Positions 17,862 through 26,428 of a stretch of 32,000 bases of DNA are shown here, piece by piece. This stretch comes from Candidatus Omnitrophota bacterium. GTDB lineage: Bacteria > Omnitrophota > Gorgyraeia > 2-01-FULL-45-10. The stretch lies in assembly GCA_023818895.1 (NCBI GenBank), contig JAMWCX010000001.1:419789-451788 (forward strand), given 5' to 3'. The notes beneath the pieces were generated by a model. The model did not search any database. It saw only the letters and a program-made list of their open reading frames with translations, and was not told the DNA's origin. The translations under genes and the position numbers were made by a program. Numbering within the stretch: the first letter of the stretch is position 1; every line of letters begins with the position of its first letter.

Positions 17862-18779
17862 TTAATTTTTGTAAAAAATCTCTAACCCCGTCATAATAGT
17901 GTTGTAATGGATATCAACCGTATCTTCCTGCCGCACCGCATATCCCCCGGCAAGCACAACGGCTATCGGTACGCAGAAATTTACAGCCTGGTTGTATATG
18001 AATTCATCCCTTGCTCTCAGCCCTTCTTTGGTGAGGGCAAGTCCGCCTATCTGATCTTCCTTATACGGATCAGCGCCGGCCACATAAATTATCAGGTCCG
18101 GCTTAAAGTCGCTCAAAAGCTTAGGAATATTGGCAGATAACGCGGCCATATATTCCTTATCTGAGGCATGGTCACGCAGCCCTATATCAAGACTTGATGG
18201 CGGCTTAAAGAATGGATAATTATTTTCCTGGTGTATCGAAAAAGTAAATACGCTGGGGTCTCGAGAGAATATAGCGGCGGTGCCGTTGCCTTGGTGAAGG
18301 TCACAGTCAATTACCAAGGCTCGCTTTATCAGCGAACGGCGCATAGCCGAACGTATCGCGACAGCTATATCGTTCAAGACGCAGAAGCCTTCACCGTGGT
18401 CCGGAAAAGCGTGATGAAATCCTCCGCCGATATGCAATCCTATCTTTTCGAAGAGCGCGATCTCTACCGCCATTATTGTCCCACCGCAGCAAATCAAAGA
18501 AGATTTTACGATATTCTTGGAATAAGGCAGCTCCAGCCTGAGTATTTCGTCTTTCGTCAGCATACCTCTCTTCAATTTATCAAGATACCGCTTATCGTGA
18601 ACCAAAAGTATATCGTCTTCGCTGGCGGCCTCAGGCCTGACAAATTCTATCCTGTGCCTGAAGTCAGATTCTTTTAATAATCGTTCTTTTATGAGATTAT
18701 ATTTTGAGGTTGGAAAGACGTGGTTTCCTATATCAACCGCATAATCCTTAGAGTATACAAGTCGTATCTTGGGGGGCAT
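17862..18779 (-). CDS. Histone deacetylase-family (Zn-dependent) deacetylase/amidohydrolase
   Basis: 305-aa ORF. GGGFHHAFPDHGEGFCVLNDIAVA, IDCDLHQGNGT and AGADPYKEDQIGGL are HDAC-superfamily catalytic and metal motifs. Confidence 0.9.
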   Translation of the reverse strand: MPPKIRLVYSKDYAVDIGNHVFPTSKYNLIKERLLKESDFRHRIEFVRPEAASEDDILLVHDKRYLDKLKRGMLTKDEILRLELPYSKNIVKSSLICCGGTIMAVEIALFEKIGLHIGGGFHHAFPDHGEGFCVLNDIAVAIRSAMRRSLIKRALVIDCDLHQGNGTAAIFSRDPSVFTFSIHQENNYPFFKPPSSLDIGLRDHASDKEYMAALSANIPKLLSDFKPDLIIYVAGADPYKEDQIGGLALTKEGLRARDEFIYNQAVNFCVPIAVVLAGGYAVRQEDTVDIHYNTIMTGLEIFYKN

Positions 18780-18810
18780 CTTCGAATTAAAAGAAGAGTC
18801 GGCGCGAATC

Positions 18811-19083
18811 TTACGTAAGCTCTTTTATCATCCCGCCCACCGCGTCCTGTATCAGCTCCCAGTCCTCCTGATTGTGAATAGCGAACTTTTGCTTGCGCTT
18901 CCAACCGCCCTCTTCGCGTTTCTGCCACAGGTAAAAACAGACCTGCTTGCGGCCGTAGCTCTCTAGAAGGACAACCGCCGACCACCAGCCAAAGCGCTTG
19001 TTAATGGTCTTCTGCGCAAGCACCTTTAAAGGTGGGACTATCGGTACCTGCTCTTCATCCCTAAGGCTCTTTTTCTCTTCCAT
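18811..19083 (-). CDS. Hypothetical 90-aa basic Trp-rich protein (weak PC4/YdbC-like pattern)
   Basis: ATG 19083 with a GGAGG SD 7 nt upstream. The track's TTG at 19194 would overlap the upstream gene by 68 nt. Sequence: MEEKKSLRDEEQVPIVPPLKVLAQKTINKRFGWWSAVVLLESYGRKQVCFYLWQKREEGGWKRKQKFAIHNQEDWELIQDAVGGMIKELT. Coding status is inferred from the SD, length and operon context only. Confidence 0.55.
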   Translation of the reverse strand: MEEKKSLRDEEQVPIVPPLKVLAQKTINKRFGWWSAVVLLESYGRKQVCFYLWQKREEGGWKRKQKFAIHNQEDWELIQDAVGGMIKELT

Positions 19084-19126
19084 CTCAAGACCTCCATTTA
19101 GGCGCAGAAAACGTAGCCCGTTTTTT

Positions 19127-19327
19127 CTACCTTCTAAGATAAATCTGATAATCCGGACTGGTGCCCTCCACGATAACATGTCCTTCCCTGGCAAGCCAGC
19201 CTATGCTCATCAACACCCTGTCCCTCTCTGTATCTATACCCTTCACTATCTTAGAAAGCGGGCTTTTACCGTGCTGATCCAAATAATGCCAAATGTCGCC
19301 TGCTGTAATGCCAATTTCGGTTATCAT
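19127..19327 (-). CDS. Small winged-helix protein (DUF2582-like)
   Basis: 66-aa ORF. AGDIWHYLDQHGKSPLSKIVKGIDTERDRVLMSIGWLAREGHVIVE matches my memory of the DUF2582 wHTH family (GWLAREGK core). The ATG lies 2 nt after the upstream stop. Confidence 0.65.
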   Translation of the reverse strand: MITEIGITAGDIWHYLDQHGKSPLSKIVKGIDTERDRVLMSIGWLAREGHVIVEGTSPDYQIYLRR

Positions 19328-19329
19328 CG

Positions 19330-19566
19330 CTACACCCCTTTCTTATTTCTTTTATTATAACTGCCGCATAATGGGCAAACGGAGATATCCTCATGCTTAG
19401 AATCGATATAAGCGTGGAAACAAACGGTACATCTCCAGATAGAATCTATTTCTTTTGGAGGCACCTTTCGCATATTATATGTAAATATCAACCATATAAT
19501 GAGAATAATACCTACAGAGAATAAGCTATAAAAGAATATTATACTGCTTATCGTTAATCTTATCAT
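19330..19566 (-). CDS. Membrane-tethered zinc-ribbon protein
   Basis: 78-aa ORF with one TM span (ISSIIFFYSLFSVGIILIIWLIF) followed by RK. Then CTVC...(17 aa)...CPLC and a basic tail (KRNKKGV). Confidence 0.6.
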   Translation of the reverse strand: MIRLTISSIIFFYSLFSVGIILIIWLIFTYNMRKVPPKEIDSIWRCTVCFHAYIDSKHEDISVCPLCGSYNKRNKKGV

Positions 19567-19591
19567 AATTACAATGTCAGGTCAAGAGAAC

Positions 19592-19990
19592 TTAATCGGC
19601 CCCAAAATCCGGCTCTAACTTGGATCCGCCTATGAATTTATTTACGTAATATGGCATCTTCTCATCATTCAAACGTGGCGGGCTTTCTATGCTCCCTCTG
19701 CGGCCATCCGACCCAATAAAATCCGTCGGGGAATATGCCGGCTCTTCCCCGATTACCTTTAGGAACCTCTTCTCCGGCTTAGAACGAGCGGCTGGATGCG
19801 CCCGCACCTCCATGCCTACCCGCGTCAATATGGGACCGAGGAACGATACCTTTGAGAATTTTACGGCCTTTGCGCTCTCGCCAGACGAAACAACCTTGAC
19901 GGCGGATAACCAGAAGAGATGCCAGACTAAAGAGACCAAGAGGGCTAAAAAAAGGATCTTATAGTCCGCTGATTCAACCTTCTTAATCAT
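19592..19990 (-). CDS. TolA/TonB-like membrane anchor lacking a recognisable C-terminal TonB/TolA domain
   Basis: 132-aa ORF directly downstream of exbB/exbD homologues. Its single TM span (ILFLALLVSLVWHLFWLSAV) contains Ser20-x3-His24, the SxxxH signature of TonB/TolA anchors. The periplasmic part is short with no recognised domain. Confidence 0.6.
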   Translation of the reverse strand: MIKKVESADYKILFLALLVSLVWHLFWLSAVKVVSSGESAKAVKFSKVSFLGPILTRVGMEVRAHPAARSKPEKRFLKVIGEEPAYSPTDFIGSDGRRGSIESPPRLNDEKMPYYVNKFIGGSKLEPDFGAD

Positions 19991-20005
19991 ACCGCCACAC
20001 CTTTA

Positions 20006-20398
20006 CTATTTGCTGGTAGCTATATTGATCTGCAGCACCCCTTCGTTCCTGCACATGTCCCAAACCTCAACCACTCGCCCTAAAGACGCTTGGCTATCGG
20101 CCTTTATAAGAAGTGGTGCCTTGTCCTTTGCCAGAAGCTTAAGACTGGATGAAAGCTCTCTTTCTGATATCTCCCTATCGTTCAGATAAATTTTATTGTC
20201 TTTTGTTATGGTTATCACTACGCTCTCCTGCTGAATAACTTCGCTTGTAATCGCTCTCGGAAGACTCACGCTTATTCCTGGCTGGAATATGAAACTCGAA
20301 GTGAATAAAAAGAATATGAAAAGCAGGAAGAATACATTAATAAGCGGTGTAAGATCGACCAGGCCCTTCTCTATCTTTACCTTTCTTCTAAACTTCAT
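20006..20398 (-). CDS. ExbD/TolR-family protein (canonical TM Asp replaced by Asn)
   Basis: 130-aa ORF. VDLTPLINVFFLLFIFFLF matches the ExbD/TolR N-terminal TM motif, and the periplasmic domain includes LLIKADSQASLGRVVEVWD. It overlaps exbB by 11 nt. Codon 21 is AAT (nt 20338..20336). Confidence 0.85.
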   Translation of the reverse strand: MKFRRKVKIEKGLVDLTPLINVFFLLFIFFLFTSSFIFQPGISVSLPRAITSEVIQQESVVITITKDNKIYLNDREISERELSSSLKLLAKDKAPLLIKADSQASLGRVVEVWDMCRNEGVLQINIATSK

Positions 20399-21020
20399 AG
20401 GTATCCCTTCTGGAGGAAAGGATGTTCACAAGATCCGTGGCGCTTTTCTCCATGTCGTATACAAGGCTGTCGATCTGGCTCGCAAGATAATTGTAAGCGA
20501 CATAGGTAGGGATAGCGACGGAAAGCCCCGCCAGAGTGGCCAACAGCGCTTCCCATATGCCTGCGGCCAGATCACCGGGGTTGACCGGCACCATCGACAT
20601 CGCCTTCTGCTGTATAATCTGGAAAGATTTTATCATCCCCGTGACCGTTCCGACGAGCCCCAACAGAGGAGCTATATGCGCTATCGTAGCCAGCACGCTC
20701 ATATGCCTCTCCAATCGCGGTATTTCTAATTGCGCCGCCTCCTCCACCGCCTCTCGTATCTCGGCCTTCGAGCGGTCGTGTTTCAGTATGCCGGCCTTTA
20801 TGATATGCGCTATAGGGCCGGGTGTGGAATTGCACATCTCTATAGCTTCGATTACCTTATTACGCTTGAGGACATTAATGATATCGTCCATGAACTTATT
20901 CGAATCTATTCTGGCCTTGTTAAGATGATATATCCTCTCGATGACAATACCAAAAGCGATAATCGAACAAAAAATTATAAGATACATCATCGGCCCGCCT
21001 TTTTGCACTAACTCCCACAT
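20388..21020 (-). CDS. MotA/TolQ/ExbB-family proton channel subunit
   Basis: 210-aa ORF. IAHIAPLLGLVGTVTGMI...AAGIWEALLATLAGLSVAIPTYVAYNYL is the MotA/TolQ/ExbB signature. Strong GAGGAGGA SD. Confidence 0.9.
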   Translation of the reverse strand: MWELVQKGGPMMYLIIFCSIIAFGIVIERIYHLNKARIDSNKFMDDIINVLKRNKVIEAIEMCNSTPGPIAHIIKAGILKHDRSKAEIREAVEEAAQLEIPRLERHMSVLATIAHIAPLLGLVGTVTGMIKSFQIIQQKAMSMVPVNPGDLAAGIWEALLATLAGLSVAIPTYVAYNYLASQIDSLVYDMEKSATDLVNILSSRRDTYEV

Positions 21021-21069
21021 ATCTTCCTCCTCGCCCTTTTAGTTGCCACGCGCCCGCCTAAAGCCATCG

Positions 21070-23448
21070 TCATTTAGCACTGGCTCCCGATTTGATATCG
21101 ACTATCCTCTTCTTGGCAAACTTCGAGTCATCTATATTCATTGCCGCGATTTTCTCGTAGAGATTCACAGCGTCCTCATATTTTCCAATTCGTTCAAAGG
21201 CCTGAGCGCACTTCATTTGAGCCTTGACCGACCAGAGCACACCTTTGCTGTAAAGAGACGGCACCTTCAGATATTCCTCACAGGCCCGCAAGGTCTGTCC
21301 CTTGAGTTCATATGCCTCTGCTATCTCATATTGGATCTGTGCGTTAGATTCGGTATTGTCCGCGGTGAGCGCTTTGCCGTAGTATTCTATCGCCGCGGCA
21401 AAGTCACCGGCATCCCTCTTGATAGCGGCGATTTTGCGATAAGAAGATTTTGCGAGCTCTGAGCGCGGATATTTCGAGGATAGCTCTTCGAAGCGTCTCA
21501 CCGCTTCCTTAAAATCGCCCTCTTCCGCCAGCGTCACAGCAAGCTGGTATAACGCATCCTCGACAATTTCCTCCGGATAGCTCTTCTCTAATATCGAGCT
21601 AAAATAGTCTCTTGCCTGTCTGTAATCGCTCTTCTCTCTATAATGCTCCCCTATCCAGAACATCGCGTCTGCAGCCTGAGGTGAGGCTGGATAGGCTTTT
21701 AAAAAATCCTTGAACGCGGCAAGCGCCTCCTCCTCCCTACGAAGATGATAATAGCACCAAGCTTTTTGATAGGCCACCATCATATCTAATTCTCCGGTCG
21801 AAGAATTTATTGACAACTCTTGAAGGGCCGTAAGGGCTTCGTCGTATCTTCCGAGGCCATACAACGAACTGGCAAGAAATAGCCGCGCGCGGCGCGCCGC
21901 ATTTTCCGGAAGAGGCCGTGAAAGGAGCTTCTCAAACTCAGAATACGCGCGGCTATACTCTTCCAACCTAAAATATGTCCTGCCGAGCTGGGATACTACC
22001 CTATCTCTTAGGTCCGTTGCGGGAAAGTTCACCAGGATCGTCTGAAAAGCGAGTATCGCCTGGTCGCATTTATCTGTCAGAAGTAATATATTGCCTATCT
22101 GGTATTGCGCGTAATCGGCCCACGAGCTTTCGGGATATCTATCAAGAGCTATGTCGTAATTTTCGGCGGCTGCCCTATAATCCTTCCTATCAAAATATAT
22201 GTCGCCCACTTTACAAATAGCGCTGGAACGCAACTCAGCGTTCGTTGAGGCAGACTCAACCCGCAAAAACTCCCTTATCGCATCGTCATAGCGGCCCTGT
22301 GCCATGAGGCTCCAACCTAGCTCATAATGAAATTCGTCAACATGAGAGGCGTCGGGGAATTTTTCAATAGCCTGCCTGCACGTCTTCTCGGCCTCAGAAT
22401 ACTCTCTGGCATTGTACAATAGCCGTATCTTACGGTAATAGATCTCCGGTGTCACGTAACTCGACGGATATTTAGATATCGCCATATCGCAGAGCGCCAA
22501 CGCCTCTTCGTGCCGGCCAAGAGCCTCATCCTCCTGGATTATACCAAGCATGCAGGACCCGGCGAGAAATTCGTTGTCAGTGCTAATAAGGCATCGTTTG
22601 AATTGCGCTATGCTGCGATGGTGCTCGCCAAGCCGCGAAAGATTCCGCGCCATTCTGTACATAGCAAAAGGCGCCCATTTGGCAGCCGGCGAGATAGAAA
22701 TAGCCCTTTCAAGATATGCCAAAGAGCCATTGTAATCGGCGAGATGGAATCTGACCTCGCCGCACAAGTAGTAGGCCTCGGCGGTGTTTTCGGAGAGCGG
22801 ATACTTCTCTATGAAATTCTCAAGGGCCTGCCGCGCTTTGTCATATCTACCGAGAAGATACTCGCACTCGGCGGCCCTGAATTGCGCATCTATCGCGATC
22901 TTTTCGAGCGGATAGGTGCGGATAACCTCCTTGAAACAACCGAGCGCCTCCTCCAGAAGACCCAGTCTATAGTAGGCCCAGCCCCTAGAATAAAGAGCAT
23001 AACCGCGATACCTTGAAGGACCAGCGGTAGAAGCTGCCCTTTCATAGTAATCCAACGCCTTCAGGTATTCACCATTTTTAAAATATACCTCTCCGGTCCA
23101 GTAAAACGCCTCGTCCATAGGAGCGCCTATCTCCGTCGAATCAAGGACAACTTTAAACTCGTAAAGCGCCCTTCCGAAATCACCGGTTTTATAATAACAC
23201 CTCCCGAGAAGCGAATGGACCTCATAAATAAGCTCGGATTGCGGATAATCCCTCAGAAACTCTTCGAGCCTTTTACCCGAAAGTTCATACAAGCCGTCGT
23301 TGAAAGCTTTTTTCGCATACGCGAAATCCGCTTCAGCCGTCCCCTGGGCAGAGGAGAGCGAAGAGACCGCCATAGCAAATAACATAAAGACGGCAAGCAT
23401 CAAAACCGGTAAATAGCGTCGTTGGTGGCCTGCTAAAATGTTTTTCAC
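21070..23448 (-). CDS. Secreted multi-TPR protein built from CpoB/YbgF-type repeats
   Basis: 792-aa ORF with signal peptide [27 protein letters not shown]. It has at least 9 repeats of the pattern F..F[IL]..[YF]P.S......[YF]..G, e.g. [25 protein letters not shown], close to E. coli CpoB YPKSPKAADAMFKVG. The GTG start forms a GTGA overlap with the uvrA stop. Confidence 0.85.
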   Translation of the reverse strand: MKNILAGHQRRYLPVLMLAVFMLFAMAVSSLSSAQGTAEADFAYAKKAFNDGLYELSGKRLEEFLRDYPQSELIYEVHSLLGRCYYKTGDFGRALYEFKVVLDSTEIGAPMDEAFYWTGEVYFKNGEYLKALDYYERAASTAGPSRYRGYALYSRGWAYYRLGLLEEALGCFKEVIRTYPLEKIAIDAQFRAAECEYLLGRYDKARQALENFIEKYPLSENTAEAYYLCGEVRFHLADYNGSLAYLERAISISPAAKWAPFAMYRMARNLSRLGEHHRSIAQFKRCLISTDNEFLAGSCMLGIIQEDEALGRHEEALALCDMAISKYPSSYVTPEIYYRKIRLLYNAREYSEAEKTCRQAIEKFPDASHVDEFHYELGWSLMAQGRYDDAIREFLRVESASTNAELRSSAICKVGDIYFDRKDYRAAAENYDIALDRYPESSWADYAQYQIGNILLLTDKCDQAILAFQTILVNFPATDLRDRVVSQLGRTYFRLEEYSRAYSEFEKLLSRPLPENAARRARLFLASSLYGLGRYDEALTALQELSINSSTGELDMMVAYQKAWCYYHLRREEEALAAFKDFLKAYPASPQAADAMFWIGEHYREKSDYRQARDYFSSILEKSYPEEIVEDALYQLAVTLAEEGDFKEAVRRFEELSSKYPRSELAKSSYRKIAAIKRDAGDFAAAIEYYGKALTADNTESNAQIQYEIAEAYELKGQTLRACEEYLKVPSLYSKGVLWSVKAQMKCAQAFERIGKYEDAVNLYEKIAAMNIDDSKFAKKRIVDIKSGASAK

Positions 23449-26258
23449 GGCATCACCTTTTTTAAATACTGACCGGTATACGAGGCCTTATTTTTTATTA
23501 TCTCTTCGGGAGAGCCGCTCGCCACGATCCTCCCTCCGGCGTCTCCGCCTTCTGGCCCAAGATCGATTACATAATCAGAGGTCTTTATCACATCCAAATT
23601 ATGCTCGATAACCACCACTGTATTACCCTGGCTTACCAGCGCCTGCAATACATTGAGCAGCTTGTCGACATCGGCAAAATGAAGTCCTGTTGTCGGCTCA
23701 TCAAGTATATAGAACGTCTTACCGGTGGAAGCCTTAGAAAGCTCGGCTGCAAGTTTTATTCTTTGCGCCTCGCCACCCGAAAGGGTAGTGGCTGATTGCC
23801 CCAGTTTTATATAGCCGAGGCCCACGTCATTAAGCGTCTGGAGCTTGTTGCGTATGGCCGGCACATTAGAAAAAAGCGAAAGGGCCTCCTCAACCGACAT
23901 TTCAAGACAATCGGCTATTGAGCGCCCCTTGTATTTGACGTCCAGAGTCTGTTCGTTGAAACGCCTCCCTTTACAGACTTCACACTGGACGTAAACATCC
24001 GGAAGAAAATGCATCTCTATCTTCTTTATGCCATCTCCCGCGCATGCCTCACAGCGCCCGCCTTTCACATTGAAGCTAAAACGACCCGGCTTATAGCCGC
24101 GCATCCGTGCTTCAGGCAGTTTTGAAAATATGTCTCTAATCGGCCCGAAGGCCCCTGTGTAGGTAGCTGGGTTGGAGCGTGGCGTGCGGCCTATGGGTGA
24201 CTGGTCTATAACGATCACCTTATCTATATACTGAACTCCCTCTATGGCCTTATGAATACCGGGCTTTTCTCGAGATCTATAAAACTTCTTGGCCAATGCC
24301 CTGTAAAGTATGTCGTTGACAAGAGTGCTCTTACCGGAGCCTGAAACACCTGTAATACAGACAAACAGTCCCAGCGGTATATCGACGTCTATCCCTTTGA
24401 GGTTATGCTCCCGGGCCCCTATTATCCTCAACTTCTTCCCGGAGGGCTTCCTGCGCTGCGAAGGCACCTCGATCTTGAGCTGTCCGCTAAGGTATTTTCC
24501 TGTAAGCGACTCCTTAGAGGCAAGGACATCCTCAATGGAGCCGCTGACAACCACCCTTCCGCCATGCTCCCCCGCTCCCGGACCGAGGTCTATGATATAG
24601 TCGGCGTTCCTTATCGTAGCCTCGTCGTGCTCAACCACTATGAGGGTATTGCCGATGTCACGCAACCTTACTAGAGTATCGAGAAGTTTCGAGTTGTCCT
24701 TCTGATGCAATCCGATGCTTGGCTCATCAAGTATGTATATTACACCGACCAGCCCCGAGCCTATCTGGGTTGCCAGGCGGATGCGCTGCGCCTCGCCCCC
24801 CGACAACGTGGAACTGCGCCTGTCGAGAGTAAGATAATCTAAACCTACGTTTTCCATAAACTGCAGACGTGCGATTATTTCCTTAAGCACCTGGTAAGCT
24901 ATCTTCTTCTGTGTCGCAGAAAGCGAGAGTGTCGACAAGAAAATCTTGAGTTCCTTTATCGAAAATGTCGAGGCTTCGTATATATTTTTGCCGCCAATCC
25001 TGACGGCGAGACTCTCCGGCTTGAGCCGCGCGCCGTTGCACGCCGGACACGGCAATACCGACATATACTTGTTTATCTCGGTCTTTATGAATTCGCTATC
25101 CGTCTCGCGGAACCGCCTCTCGAGATTAGGCACCACCCCCTCAAAGGCATACCAGTCGTCGCGATCTTGCTCGCCGTAAAGCACAAGCCTCTTGATATCT
25201 TTCGGTAAATTCTTGAATGGGGTTTGCACATCGAATCCATACCTATTCGCCAGGGAACGCAAAAGCCGCCGGTAATAAAGGTAAAGGCCTTTGCCGCCGC
25301 GCCTCCAGGCATCAACAGCGTCTATAACCGGCTTGGACTTGTCTGGTATCACGAGCTCCGGGTCTATCTCCATCTTGTTCCCTAACCCGTCGCACATGGG
25401 ACATGCACCGTATGGCGAGTTGAAAGAAAAGGAGCGCGGAGATATCTCGCCAATGCTTATCCCGCAGTCAACACATGCATATTGTTCGCTGAAGAGTAGG
25501 TCACTAGCGGCCGGCTCTTTTCCTTCGCCGCCTGTCACTTTTTCGACACAAACTATAACCAGGCCCTTGCCGGCCTCAAGAGCCGTCTCGACAGAATCAG
25601 CCAGACGTTTATTTATCCCTTCTTTTATCGTCAGTCTATCCACCACTATTTCTATATCGTGCTTTTTGTTCTTGTCGAGCTTGGGTGGTTTATCGACTTC
25701 ATATATCCGTCCGTCGACCCTCATACGCACATAACCATCTTTCTTGGCTCTCTGAAAAAGCTCGGCATACTCACCCTTTCTGCCCCGCACCAGAGGGGCG
25801 AGAATGAGAATCTCGGATTGTACAGGCAAGGCTGATATTTGCTCCACTATCTCCTGTGAGGTCTGCCGCGTTATTGGTTTTCCGCATTTCGGGCAATGAG
25901 GGGTTCCCACACGCGCAAAAAGAAGCCGCAGGTAATCATAAACTTCCGTCTGGGTTCCAACAGTGGATCTGGGGTTAGAACCGGCGGTCTTTTGCTCGAT
26001 GCTGATGGCGGGCGATAGCCCTTCGATGTATTCGACGTCAGGCTTCTGCAGCTGTTCTAGGAATTGCCTTGCGTAGCTCGAAAGGCTCTCGACATACCGG
26101 CGCTGGCCCTCTGCATATATCGTATCGAAGGCAAGCGACGATTTTCCGGAGCCGGACAATCCCGTGATAACAACGAGCTTGTTTCTAGGTATCTCAAGAT
26201 CTATATTCTTGAGGTTATGTTCCCTGGCGCCTTTTATTAATATTACGTCTTTGTCCAT
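23445..26258 (-). CDS. uvrA: Excinuclease ABC subunit A
   Basis: Canonical UvrA. The start [24 protein letters not shown] is followed by two ABC ATPase modules ([12 protein letters not shown]; [11 protein letters not shown]; LSGGEAQRI twice) and zinc modules ([20 protein letters not shown]...CEVCKG). The track's GTG at 26327 adds 23 non-conserved residues, so I prefer ATG 26258. Confidence 0.95.
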   Translation of the reverse strand: MDKDVILIKGAREHNLKNIDLEIPRNKLVVITGLSGSGKSSLAFDTIYAEGQRRYVESLSSYARQFLEQLQKPDVEYIEGLSPAISIEQKTAGSNPRSTVGTQTEVYDYLRLLFARVGTPHCPKCGKPITRQTSQEIVEQISALPVQSEILILAPLVRGRKGEYAELFQRAKKDGYVRMRVDGRIYEVDKPPKLDKNKKHDIEIVVDRLTIKEGINKRLADSVETALEAGKGLVIVCVEKVTGGEGKEPAASDLLFSEQYACVDCGISIGEISPRSFSFNSPYGACPMCDGLGNKMEIDPELVIPDKSKPVIDAVDAWRRGGKGLYLYYRRLLRSLANRYGFDVQTPFKNLPKDIKRLVLYGEQDRDDWYAFEGVVPNLERRFRETDSEFIKTEINKYMSVLPCPACNGARLKPESLAVRIGGKNIYEASTFSIKELKIFLSTLSLSATQKKIAYQVLKEIIARLQFMENVGLDYLTLDRRSSTLSGGEAQRIRLATQIGSGLVGVIYILDEPSIGLHQKDNSKLLDTLVRLRDIGNTLIVVEHDEATIRNADYIIDLGPGAGEHGGRVVVSGSIEDVLASKESLTGKYLSGQLKIEVPSQRRKPSGKKLRIIGAREHNLKGIDVDIPLGLFVCITGVSGSGKSTLVNDILYRALAKKFYRSREKPGIHKAIEGVQYIDKVIVIDQSPIGRTPRSNPATYTGAFGPIRDIFSKLPEARMRGYKPGRFSFNVKGGRCEACAGDGIKKIEMHFLPDVYVQCEVCKGRRFNEQTLDVKYKGRSIADCLEMSVEEALSLFSNVPAIRNKLQTLNDVGLGYIKLGQSATTLSGGEAQRIKLAAELSKASTGKTFYILDEPTTGLHFADVDKLLNVLQALVSQGNTVVVIEHNLDVIKTSDYVIDLGPEGGDAGGRIVASGSPEEIIKNKASYTGQYLKKVMP

Positions 26259-26272
26259 ATTATATTGGGTTA

Positions 26273-26301
26273 ATTTTAGCACAGGCAGGCCAGGAAGACA
26301 A
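26273..26301 (-). promoter_or_regulatory. Candidate uvrA promoter (TTGTCT-17 nt-TGcTAAAAT, extended -10)
   Basis: On the minus strand, TTGTCT (26301..26296), a 17-nt spacer ending in TG-c, then TAAAAT (26278..26273). The ATG at 26258 is only 14 nt downstream of the -10 and has no SD, which implies a very short leader. Confidence 0.4.
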
Positions 26302-26361
26302 TAAGCATCGCCCGGAGTGGTGTTCACTAAAAAATAGGCAACGCGATAATAATTTTGACTG

Positions 26362-26410
26362 AATAAAAATAGGCCTGCGCGACTGCTGAAGCAACCACAC
26401 AGGCCTATTC
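26362..26410 (-). terminator. Rho-independent terminator after the 80-aa repeat-protein gene
   Basis: On the minus strand, AATAGGCCTG...(22 nt)...CAGGCCTATT forms a 10-bp stem followed by TTTTATT. It begins 19 nt after stop 26429. Confidence 0.6.
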
Positions 26411-26428
26411 CCTCGAGTGGCGGAAATG

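Noticed and set aside
18811-19194. 127-aa version of the ORF (TTG start at 19194)
   Set aside because: It would overlap the wHTH gene by 68 nt. The internal ATG at 19083 has a GGAGG SD at ideal spacing, and the extension has no features.
20572-20835. 87-aa minus-strand ORF inside exbB
   Set aside because: It is an alternative frame of a gene with a textbook MotA/TolQ/ExbB signature, with Gly/Arg-rich off-frame composition.
26259-26327. GTG-initiated 23-aa N-terminal extension of UvrA
   Set aside because: The UvrA family begins a few residues before the I.I.GAR.HNLKNI motif. The extension is not family-like, and a promoter-like element lies inside it.
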